From: Candidatus Thorarchaeota archaeon | Lineage (GTDB): Archaea > Asgardarchaeota > Thorarchaeia > Thorarchaeales > Thorarchaeaceae | Assembly: GCA_048884965.1 (NCBI GenBank) | Contig: JBHLQH010000061.1 | Coordinates: 1-13,875, forward strand | Reading direction: 5' to 3' | DNA: 13,875 bases | Shown here: one piece after another, positions 6,540 through 13,875 of the stretch | Layout of the letters: every line of letters begins with the position of its first letter | How positions within the stretch are numbered: the stretch's first letter is position 1 | Translations under genes and position numbers: made by a program | The notes under the pieces: generated by a model | The model's input: the letters and a program-made list of their open reading frames with translations, nothing else | Told to the model about the DNA's origin: nothing | Database searches by the model: none

Positions 6540-7220
6540 ATGACAGGGACTCCAATGGAGAATCATTTGGCCCCTTCCATAGTTGAGAATTTATTAAAGA
6601 AGCCTCCCAAGGGATATGTCTACTTGGTGATGGCATCTCAAGAAAGTCATTATGATCTATTCATGACCACGGTGGTTCGCAGTGCAATCGAGAATAACAT
6701 GAAAACCCTCAATGTCGTTACTGAGGCAAGAAATCGACAGCTCATGGAAGATATGACCCGTTTGCAATCTGATGAATTCCACATTCTCGAAATAGGATAT
6801 GGGCAAGAGATTCTCGGTAATCATACCTGCTCTCCGCATCTTCATGAGATCAATATCATGATGCGAAGCCTGAGGAATGTCATCTGTCCGAAAGTGGTCA
6901 CATTTGAGGCTTTGACTCCTTTGCTAATTGATTTTTCAGCACGCGATGTCGTTCAATTCTTCAAGGAGAGCGTAGAGGAGAGTATTAAGAATGGCTCAAT
7001 TGAGTTCTATCTCATTCATGCTGACACAGCTGATTCTGTTACCATGAACCAACTGTTCTCGCTGGCTCAAGGTATTATAACTCTAACAACTGCACGTGGA
7101 AAGCACTATCTCACCGTGAAGAAAGCGACGGGAATCGAGATGCCCTTCAATCCTATCGAATATGTACCTAGTATGCAAGGAACTGATAGAACGAAATGGC
7201 GTATTGAGCTAAACTGGTGA
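6540..7220 (+). CDS. Inactivated KaiC/RAD55-like ATPase domain protein
   Basis: Colinear with the KaiC fold but catalytic motifs are lost: VENLLKKPPKGYVYLVMASQESHY (no GxxGxGK), VVTFEALTPLL (Walker B region), LAQGIITL, LTVKKATG (no Arg finger). ATG 6540 follows GAGGT. GTG 6522, overlapping the upstream stop, is an alternative. Confidence 0.72.
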   Translation: MTGTPMENHLAPSIVENLLKKPPKGYVYLVMASQESHYDLFMTTVVRSAIENNMKTLNVVTEARNRQLMEDMTRLQSDEFHILEIGYGQEILGNHTCSPHLHEINIMMRSLRNVICPKVVTFEALTPLLIDFSARDVVQFFKESVEESIKNGSIEFYLIHADTADSVTMNQLFSLAQGIITLTTARGKHYLTVKKATGIEMPFNPIEYVPSMQGTDRTKWRIELNW

Positions 7221-7221
7221 T

Positions 7222-7905
7222 CTACTCAAAGTCAATTTGAATTTCCTGACTATCATTCTTCTCTTTTTCTTCATTAGAGAGACGCTCTTCAAAGGTGTTC
7301 AAAACCTTCTCAAGAGGTTTTCTAGTCGATTCGGTGTCGTCAACGGCCACAGGGCTGATATGCTGTCTTACGAGTTTGCAACTCTCGTCGTCCCATTCAC
7401 ATTCCTCCATGATTTCCTCAATCTTTCTGATATACTGCCCTCTCTGATTGACTAGCTGCATACTCCTTTCTTCTAAAGCAGATATCTGACGATTGATCTT
7501 TTCGATCTCCTGCAGAAGGACGCGTACAGCTCTAACATCATAGCGCTGCTTGGGAATTGAGACTCGTGATCTAATCATTGTGATGTGAGTTTCATGTGGA
7601 CGTAGATGTACAGCAAATGAGTTGGGAAGGATGGTTGTGGAAAGACCGAATCCAGAGCGGAGTTTGTAGTAGGTTCTTTCAGGACCAAGACTTGTTTCAC
7701 CCGCCTCAGTTTCTACTATTTCAGCATTCTCAAGCACCTCAAGATGCTTGATGATGACTCGCGAAGTATATCCTAATGCCTTGCTGAGCTCATACGGATA
7801 GTAAGGTCTCTGAGCAAGTAGTCGTAGAATCCTCCTACGTGTGATGTGACCTAGTGCTTTGAATACCGTGTCTAGATAATCTGCATCTTTCCTTGAACTA
7901 CTCAT
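7222..7905 (-). CDS. ArsR-type winged-HTH regulator with C-terminal coiled coil, resembling the archaeal Phr/HSR1 (COG1777) family
   Basis: ALGHITRRRILRLLAQRPYYPYELSKALG..KHLEVLENAEIV..GPERTYYKL matches my recollection of the Phr pattern LGNETRRRIL.LL..RPY.VSELS..LG..EHL.ILE.AGLI..RKYY. Heptad region LQEIEKINRQISALEERSMQL follows. Confidence 0.88.
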   Translation of the reverse strand: MSSSRKDADYLDTVFKALGHITRRRILRLLAQRPYYPYELSKALGYTSRVIIKHLEVLENAEIVETEAGETSLGPERTYYKLRSGFGLSTTILPNSFAVHLRPHETHITMIRSRVSIPKQRYDVRAVRVLLQEIEKINRQISALEERSMQLVNQRGQYIRKIEEIMEECEWDDESCKLVRQHISPVAVDDTESTRKPLEKVLNTFEERLSNEEKEKNDSQEIQIDFE

Positions 7906-7923
7906 CTATTCTCCCGTCCAATT

Positions 7924-7955
7924 AATCAGAATATCCATAATGGATTTTGCTGATT
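7924..7955. promoter_or_regulatory. Imperfect 32-bp inverted repeat just upstream of the wHTH regulator (candidate operator or 5' hairpin)
   Basis: AATCAG-AATATCCAT-A-ATGGATTTT-G-CTGATT, with one mismatch and one bulge, 19-50 nt upstream of ATG 7905. Confidence 0.5.
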
Positions 7956-7963
7956 CATTCTGT

Positions 7964-8113
7964 TTATAGATATTCAATTGAATTCCATATTCTCTGCAAG
8001 AAGATTAGCCACTCCTTATAGAGACCATCATCAAACCAGAAACCTTGCTGTAGATCGTTTGTCCCTCTCTCCTCTGGGGAGGGTTCATCATCTATGTATA
8101 TTCTATCCATCAT
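7964..8113 (-). CDS. Small hypothetical protein, 49 aa (not in supplied ORF track)
   Basis: Hand translation: MMDRIYIDDEPSPEERGTNDLQQGFWFDDGLYKEWLIFLQRIWNSIEYL*. SD-like GAGTGAT upstream, upstream TATA candidate, fills the gap co-directionally between two - strand genes. Confidence 0.55.
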   Translation of the reverse strand: MMDRIYIDDEPSPEERGTNDLQQGFWFDDGLYKEWLIFLQRIWNSIEYL

Positions 8114-8141
8114 ATCTATCACTCTGGAAGTTACCGCTTTG

Positions 8142-8194
8142 CACTATACTAGTGAATAAGTGGTCACTAGAACTAGTGAATATTTGGTATATAA
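8142..8194 (-). promoter_or_regulatory. Candidate TATA box with tandem palindromic operator
   Basis: - strand CAAAGC-TTATATA (TATA at 8194-8188). Perfect TCACTAG-AA-CTAGTGA at 8164-8179, CACTA-TAC-TAGTG at 8142-8154, and direct repeat ACTAGTGAATA at 8148 and 8172. Confidence 0.5.
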
Positions 8195-8234
8195 GCTTTG
8201 AGAGATGTACATAATCTACGGACGCAGTGTGTAC

Positions 8235-8543
8235 CTAAGGGAGTGGTTTTCGTTCTTTCCTTTCTGGAATTTCAGTAACTCCCTTCACCACCGATCGATG
8301 TCTGTATTTTTCGAGGAGTGTGTCAGCTTTCTCGTATATCGGTCCCTGTCCTGCAAGGTAACCTCCAGATACACCATCCTTGTTGGATATTACAGGCCTA
8401 GATCCTACCATGAGTAGATGCCGCAAGAATTGAAGATCTGTCACTTTTTGACCCATTCGCCGCTGGTACCTCATCTTCTCTTCTTCCCATGTCAGAATAT
8501 CATGCTCAGTCAATCCCTTGAAGAGCTTGTTCTTTAATGTCAA
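8235..8543 (-). CDS. Hypothetical basic protein, possibly ribbon-helix-helix-like N-terminus
   Basis: Strong SD GGAGGT before TTG. Strand-helix-helix pattern ending GQKVTDLQFLRHLL. The fold call is tentative. Confidence 0.7.
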   Translation of the reverse strand: MTLKNKLFKGLTEHDILTWEEEKMRYQRRMGQKVTDLQFLRHLLMVGSRPVISNKDGVSGGYLAGQGPIYEKADTLLEKYRHRSVVKGVTEIPERKERKPLP

Positions 8544-8641
8544 TATGCTACCTCCCGGTCAACATTCTAAGAAAGTTAACCCTCTTTCCACTATAACTCG
8601 ATGTATCACGGGAGTAATACACGCAGCAAGGACTACGGAAT

Positions 8642-9772
8642 CTAGCCATTCCCATTGCCTTTGGATGATGCAGAGCTAACGGTTTCACTCGGTTCTTTCT
8701 TTTCTTCTGTTGTGCCATTAGGTGCTGGTGTAAATGCTGCAGCAGGACTATGGTAAAGGGAAGGTGATTTCCTCTTTTGGAATTGAGTGACCGCTCTCCA
8801 CGTTGCTGATTTGTCTGCTATGACACCGAGCTTCTTTATTTTGAACATAATTACCGCTGCTACGTCGATCAAAATAATGTTCATTCCAAGTAGAGCCAAG
8901 GAACCTAGACCAATTTGAATTCCTGCTACTGACCCGTTGATAGCTCCTAAAGTCAACATCATTCCAACATTCACAGCTGGAGGCATCAATGCTGCAGATA
9001 TTGCCACACCTACAAGGGAGGACATATCCCCTTTGGTGACAGAAACAGCGACTGCTGCCCCTGAGAATATTGCTACTCCAACGTCCAGAGGTGAGAATGA
9101 TCCTCTTCTTGTAATTTCTGTAAGGACGCCTGAGCCCATCCAATCCGTTGCATTCCACTGTGCTTCAATATTAGTCATCAGTGGCGCATCTAAAAGAGGC
9201 ATGAGTATCGCTATAATGATACCAACTCCAAAGCTGAGTCCAAGAGCCATGAGTTCCGTCTTTGTGCCTCTGATGAATAGCTGCCGATCTCCGACAACAT
9301 ACCCTAGGGCAACACCAAGCATCGGACCCATTAATGGGGATAGTAGCATTGAAGCAACGATGATTGTACCATTATTCTGGATCAATCCAATCCCTGCCAT
9401 CACAGCTGCGAAGATAATGAATGCGATGAAGTCAAAGCTTAGAGATGCCTGTTTCTTCACATTATCATAGATTTCTTCCACAGCAAGTGTTGCTTCTCGC
9501 TGTATCCTCTTCTCTTGAGTGTCCTCACTAACTTCTCTCGGAAGAGATGCTTTTAGATCCCAGATATCGATGAAGCCAAATTCAACACCTACTCCTCTGC
9601 TCTTCAGGCCTTCCATCGTATCGCTGACTGCATCATCAGCTATCCTGAATTGCAATAGGTGTGCATTATCGGTGGTGAATCGTATGACGTTCTTGATGTT
9701 CAAGACATCGATAAGAAAATCAAACACCGCTTCGGTCTTCTCATAGGGAACGGTAACCTGAACTTGTTTCAC
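8642..9772 (-). CDS. TIGR00341 / DUF389 family membrane protein
   Basis: Soluble N-domain MKQVQVTVP, then AGIGLIQNNGTIIVASMLLSPLMGP and LVGVAISAALMPPAVNVG signature segments. Several TM helices and a low-complexity C-tail. Confidence 0.92.
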   Translation of the reverse strand: MKQVQVTVPYEKTEAVFDFLIDVLNIKNVIRFTTDNAHLLQFRIADDAVSDTMEGLKSRGVGVEFGFIDIWDLKASLPREVSEDTQEKRIQREATLAVEEIYDNVKKQASLSFDFIAFIIFAAVMAGIGLIQNNGTIIVASMLLSPLMGPMLGVALGYVVGDRQLFIRGTKTELMALGLSFGVGIIIAILMPLLDAPLMTNIEAQWNATDWMGSGVLTEITRRGSFSPLDVGVAIFSGAAVAVSVTKGDMSSLVGVAISAALMPPAVNVGMMLTLGAINGSVAGIQIGLGSLALLGMNIILIDVAAVIMFKIKKLGVIADKSATWRAVTQFQKRKSPSLYHSPAAAFTPAPNGTTEEKKEPSETVSSASSKGNGNG

Positions 9773-9932
9773 TGACTTACAGCCCCACGAATTACTGGAA
9801 GACCTATGAATGGGCTATTAAACTTATTCAACGATACATATTATGTCGATTGTAATACAGGTATTATTAGGATATATCTCTAGATGTCACTAGCGTCAGC
9901 TTTTTTGGGGGATTCCACAATGGGCGCGTGCT

Positions 9933-10604
9933 GTGAATTTGATGGGTGTTGTAGAGATTCTGATAATATGGTTCAGTCTTTCCTTGACAGGTGCTCTTGC
10001 TCCTGGTCCTCTCTCTGCAGCAGTCGTTATGCAATCAAGCAAGCATGGTCGGTTTCATGGGATGTTACCAATGGTAGGCCATGCAATCGTCGAGATAGGT
10101 ATAGTTGTGGCTATAATCCTTAGCGCTCAAATCTTTGCATTTGATGCACTCACACAAGCTCTTTTGATAGGGATTGGAGGAATCGTGATAGTATTCTTCG
10201 GGGCACTCGCTTTGAAGGATTACAAGTTCGAAGCGCCAAAGGAAGGAGTCGCGCTGGAGGCGAAGGGGACTAATCTCACAAGCGCCCTTGAAGCTACTAC
10301 TCAAGGCGCAGTTGTCAGTATTCTTTCACCATATTTCTTGATTTGGTGGGCTGCAATTGGTTTGAGTAATGTTACATTGCTTATTGGAGAGCTTCAAGTT
10401 GGTGTAGGAACCGTCCTCCTAGCTGGTGTTCTAATTTACCTTACACACATATCCACAGACCTCTTGTTCGGAGCATTTCTCACCTTAGGTACAGATGCTG
10501 CGAAGAAGAAAACAGCAATAGGTGGTATCAACTGGATCAATGTTGCGATCGGCTTATTCCAAATTATTCTAGGTATCTACTTTGTGTATCTAGCCCTCAC
10601 TTAG
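9933..10604 (+). CDS. LysE-family translocator (amino-acid/metabolite exporter)
   Basis: SLTGALAPGPL..G..MVGHAIVE and SILSPYFLIWWAAIG motifs, about 6 TM segments. Start may be ATG 9942. Confidence 0.9.
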   Translation: MNLMGVVEILIIWFSLSLTGALAPGPLSAAVVMQSSKHGRFHGMLPMVGHAIVEIGIVVAIILSAQIFAFDALTQALLIGIGGIVIVFFGALALKDYKFEAPKEGVALEAKGTNLTSALEATTQGAVVSILSPYFLIWWAAIGLSNVTLLIGELQVGVGTVLLAGVLIYLTHISTDLLFGAFLTLGTDAAKKKTAIGGINWINVAIGLFQIILGIYFVYLALT

Positions 10605-10645
10605 ATGTCATAAAGGATATCAGCATTCCTTACACTTCTGCGAGT

Positions 10646-11263
10646 GTGATTGTATTGGCAAAAGTCGTCTTGTCTGGGTTTGAGCCATTTGATGGATATT
10701 CTATCAATCCATCAGCAGAGCTTGTAAAACTGCTACATGGTCAGAGGATTCATGATCATAGTGTGAAGGGCATAGTACTACCACTAGATTACAAGAAGGC
10801 TGATGGCATCTTGAAGGAGTTCATCTCTAAGGAGAAACCCGAGTATGTTCTCTGCTGTGGTCAAGCTAATCGTCCTGTTATTACACTAGAATATGTAGGC
10901 ATAAACATCCTAAACACCGAACGTGCAGACAACTACGGTAACAAGCCTGAATCGCACCTTATAGATCCTAATGCCCCAGCAGCGTACTTCTCAACTCTCG
11001 ATGTCCATAATATTGTAGGTATTCTGAAAGAAAATGGTATTCCTGCAGGAGTCAGCTATCATGCAGGAACCTATGGATGTAATTGGATTCTTTTCTCTAT
11101 CCTTCATTGGCTAGCAATAGGCAATGTTCAAGCAAAAGCGGTCTTTGTGCATGTTCCGCCCTTGCCCGAACAGTCGATTGAGAAGAATGACTCAAGTCTA
11201 GCTACTATGCCATTAGGACAAGAGGTTGATGCTCTCAAGATCATTATCAGTTCTATTCATTGA
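10646..11263 (+). CDS. pcp: Pyroglutamyl-peptidase I (peptidase C15)
   Basis: SGFEPFDGYSINPS, ITLE (catalytic Glu), PAAYFSTL, AGTYGCN (catalytic Cys), FVHVP (catalytic His). Confidence 0.95.
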   Translation: MIVLAKVVLSGFEPFDGYSINPSAELVKLLHGQRIHDHSVKGIVLPLDYKKADGILKEFISKEKPEYVLCCGQANRPVITLEYVGINILNTERADNYGNKPESHLIDPNAPAAYFSTLDVHNIVGILKENGIPAGVSYHAGTYGCNWILFSILHWLAIGNVQAKAVFVHVPPLPEQSIEKNDSSLATMPLGQEVDALKIIISSIH

Positions 11264-12009
11264 TTGGCTCTTTTGATCCAGATTTGAGGGAATGCTTTCA
11301 CAACTGCCATTGTTACTATTGTGCTTACTACTATGGCAATCGTTCTCTCAAAAAGCATCAAAGGGAATATTACAAAGCCAAATGCCGCTGCTGGAACCTG
11401 AAGGAAATAGACTGCACTTAATGTCATCATTGAGAAATCCGTAATTGTCCCAATTATTACAAATGGTACTAGTGTAAGAATACCTCGTTTGCTCATATCT
11501 CCAATATCCAATTCTGTTCCTGTCAGTTGAATAAGTAGTGCAGCTACCAACGCGATTCCATAGTAAAGCATGAACCACCATGCCTGATAGTTCACAATTT
11601 CATATAGGATAATTATGGCATAGAAGTACGCAGCTGTCAACCCCGTTGCAGGAATCCATCTTCCTCGAACATATGGAGTTGCACAGAGACCTGTCAGTAG
11701 TCCAGAGATGGCTGGCGCAAGAATCAAAATCGGTATGACCTGAAAAAGACCACCAGACCCTCCGATAATAAAGACAATGACACCACCTACTAATCCGAAG
11801 AAACTACCTTTCCAAGGTCCAAGCAGTATTCCGAACAAAGGTGCAAGCACAAGTGTAAGACTTATGGAAGCTGTTGCTCCAATGAATACACTGATTGGAA
11901 TTAGAGAACCCAACCCATACAGAGCCGCTAGTATAGCTCCAATGGCAAATAGTACGGTATCAGAACGCCCCTCAACATAGGTGAGGTGAAGGCTATCGCT
12001 ATCACTCAT
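11257..12009 (-). CDS. Polytopic membrane protein, ECF transporter S-component-like
   Basis: ILAALY..LAPLFGILLGPWKGSFFGLVGG pattern typical of S-components, 7-8 hydrophobic segments. Substrate unknown. Confidence 0.7.
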   Translation of the reverse strand: MSDSDSLHLTYVEGRSDTVLFAIGAILAALYGLGSLIPISVFIGATASISLTLVLAPLFGILLGPWKGSFFGLVGGVIVFIIGGSGGLFQVIPILILAPAISGLLTGLCATPYVRGRWIPATGLTAAYFYAIIILYEIVNYQAWWFMLYYGIALVAALLIQLTGTELDIGDMSKRGILTLVPFVIIGTITDFSMMTLSAVYFLQVPAAAFGFVIFPLMLFERTIAIVVSTIVTMAVVKAFPQIWIKRANQ

Positions 12010-12106
12010 GATCTTTACCTCTATGCTATGGGGTCACTCTCAAATCGCAAACGATTCCCTTATGATACTTGTGCTAAGAGTCAGGTTGAGTGGATCTACT
12101 TGATAT

Positions 12107-13360
12107 TCAATCTTCAGCAAGTCGCAAAGCGACATTTGCAATTGTGCCTTGTTGCCAATCTTCAGGGATTCGATTTTCAAACCAGAGATATCCACCATAG
12201 TCCTCAATAATCCGCATCACTATGCTTAGTCCTAATCCAATACCATCAACGCTGTCAGTTAGGAATCTTCCTGCGATTCTAGGCTTGATATTCTCAGGTA
12301 TTCCTCGACCTTTATCGATTACACGAACTCGAACATATTCAGATGACTGTTTCCAGCAGTCTATCTCTATGATAATCTCTTCTGTCTTATTCTCTAATGC
12401 CTTGAGTGCATTTGATAGAAGATTGATGAAGACATCTTGTAGTAATTCATCGGCAAGCACACGTGTATCTGTTCCCATTTGAGAAACGATTCGAATATTT
12501 GCCTCTGGATGGCTCGATTTGATGGTGGAGATACTAGATTCGATTGCTTTCTCCAAGTTGTAAGAACTGAGTTTCTGCTTAATCTGTGCAGTGAGCACTC
12601 TCCTTACACGATTCAACAAATCATTCGCCTCTTTCGACTGTGCCAAAGCATCATGCAGCAATCCATAGGTTTTGGCAGAATCGTCCCATTTCATTGCCAT
12701 GAGTTCAAGGATTATCGTCAGGGAACCAATCGAACCACGAATGTCATGAAACAATAAGTCAAGAAGTAGATCGGATCTTCTCCTTGCACGTTTACTATCT
12801 TCAAGTAGCATAGCATGTTGGATCGATAAGCGAAGAGGGATAAAGAACTCCTTTGAAGCCTCAAGATACCTTTCAATCCGATCAGGTATGATGACATTTC
12901 GTACTTCAACGATCATCTTCGGTGTACCTTCAAAGGGGAGGAATATTATCGTCTTTGCATCAATCTCTGTGATATATCGTTTGACTTTGTCTGGTAGATT
13001 ACTTGGTTTGGCGTCCTGAAGGTTGTAATATGTTTCCCCAAGTGAAAAAATAGAGGAATAGATTTCAGAATTGACTAAATGCCTTGGGTACCACGTATCA
13101 TGTTGCCTGAAATAGGGGAGTGAAAAAATCTCCCAAGTCCCTTCTTGAAATTCTACAGCAAGTGATGGTGAACCACCTGTCATCGTAGCTATTTCCTGAA
13201 GGACTGTTGCCAGAATTTGATGGGGGTCTGAGCTCTCGATAAGAGCTCCAAGAATGTATCGTAACTGTGTGTAGTATATGGAATTCCTTTCTAGTTCCCT
13301 TAATCTCTCTTGGAATTTCTTCTCGTCCTCCGATTCGGAATTATCCTGCTCGCCATTCAC
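12107..13360 (-). CDS. Soluble sensor histidine kinase (GAF-like region + HisKA + HATPase_c)
   Basis: H-box LLFHDIRG, N-box VFINLLSNALK, G1 DKGRGIP, G2 GIGLGLSIV, GGYLWFENR..GT. No TM segment. GTG 13360 overlapping the upstream TGA is preferred over ATG 13375. Confidence 0.92.
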   Translation of the reverse strand: MNGEQDNSESEDEKKFQERLRELERNSIYYTQLRYILGALIESSDPHQILATVLQEIATMTGGSPSLAVEFQEGTWEIFSLPYFRQHDTWYPRHLVNSEIYSSIFSLGETYYNLQDAKPSNLPDKVKRYITEIDAKTIIFLPFEGTPKMIVEVRNVIIPDRIERYLEASKEFFIPLRLSIQHAMLLEDSKRARRRSDLLLDLLFHDIRGSIGSLTIILELMAMKWDDSAKTYGLLHDALAQSKEANDLLNRVRRVLTAQIKQKLSSYNLEKAIESSISTIKSSHPEANIRIVSQMGTDTRVLADELLQDVFINLLSNALKALENKTEEIIIEIDCWKQSSEYVRVRVIDKGRGIPENIKPRIAGRFLTDSVDGIGLGLSIVMRIIEDYGGYLWFENRIPEDWQQGTIANVALRLAED

Positions 13361-13875
13361 TGGTAAACACCCCATTTATTCCGTGCTTCAGCTATCTTGT
13401 GAAGAATTCTCTCCGATACTGAAGAAGGGATATCGCCATGATGGTCGCATATAATATAGCCTCCACCAGAAGCTGCATCATTGATACATCGTCTTACTTC
13501 ACTCTCAGCTTTCTCTTCATTCCAATGGGTCATCGCGATGTTATCCAAATTTCCAATCAGGATCAATTTCTTGCCGTATTTTTCTTTTATAGCCCTTAGA
13601 TTATCGGAATAGGACACAACGATCCCTGGAATTCCTACTTCATCAATCAAGGTTGGCAAGATACCCGGTGTTTCACTTCCAGCCAAAGCGAACACAGCTG
13701 CTCCCTTCACTAATTTGTAGAATTTCTTGTCTGCCTCTAATGAGATAAGGCGATATTCATCAAGCTTCATTATATGACTGGATGAAACAGGGTTGAAGAA
13801 AGCCAGTGCATGTACTCCTGTCTCTAAGAATCGATTGGCTAATTCGACCGTATAATCTACAATATAATTCACAAC
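13357..13875 (-). CDS. Uroporphyrinogen decarboxylase / MtaA-CmuA (MT2 methyltransferase) fold protein, 5'-truncated by window edge
   Basis: TGVHALAFFNPVSS, IKEKYGKKLILIGNLD, EVRRCINDAASGGGYII, GDIP. The frame is open to the window end. Confidence 0.85.
   Translation of the reverse strand, partial: VVNYIVDYTVELANRFLETGVHALAFFNPVSSSHIMKLDEYRLISLEADKKFYKLVKGAAVFALAGSETPGILPTLIDEVGIPGIVVSYSDNLRAIKEKYGKKLILIGNLDNIAMTHWNEEKAESEVRRCINDAASGGGYIICDHHGDIPSSVSERILHKIAEARNKWGVYQ

Noticed and set aside
2168-7220. Circadian clock (KaiABC)
   Set aside because: No kaiA/kaiB. The positions equivalent to the KaiC Ser-Thr phosphosites read YF and FH in the two P-loop-intact domains, and no protein has two intact domains.
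1321-12909. Antisense or alternative-frame ORFs overlapping called genes (e.g. 1321-1716, 1879-2187, 5485-5787, 6246-6566, 7978-8214, 8748-9158, 8937-9470, 9884-10123, 12222-12757)
   Set aside because: They overlap better-supported genes and have no motifs, so they are treated as shadow ORFs.
13357-13875. hemE or mtaA gene symbol
   Set aside because: The N-terminal half is outside the window and the MtaA Zn ligands are absent, so only the fold can be called.

Overview
Archaeal chromosomal window. Gene content (stand-alone receivers, KaiC/RAD55 and GvpD-type ATPases, 40-residue TPR protein, Phr/COG1777-like regulator, TIGR00341 membrane protein) suggests an Asgard-like lineage, but this is inference. 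Bases 1-1389 appear non-coding and are highly structured. They hold a helically phased array of GTACACGT-like 8-mers (53-256), a very AT-rich core (481-720, about 24% GC), a perfect 15-bp inverted repeat about 600 bp apart (533-547 / 1150-1164) with two further direct copies, and several palindromes. Together these make it a candidate replication origin or nucleoprotein assembly site. Bases 1390-7220 form a compact signalling cluster with no kinase and no DNA-binding output: three stand-alone receiver domains, three KaiC-superfamily proteins (intact, half-degenerate GvpD-like, fully degenerate) and a TPR protein ending in C-x10-C-x10-C-x10-C. Downstream lie a Phr-like wHTH regulator, an unannotated 49-aa ORF, a 102-aa hypothetical, a DUF389 membrane protein, LysE, pyroglutamyl peptidase I, an ECF-S-like membrane protein, a soluble histidine kinase and the 3' part of a URO-D/MT2-fold protein lacking the usual Zn ligands. 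No rRNA, tRNA, CRISPR array or transposase was seen.
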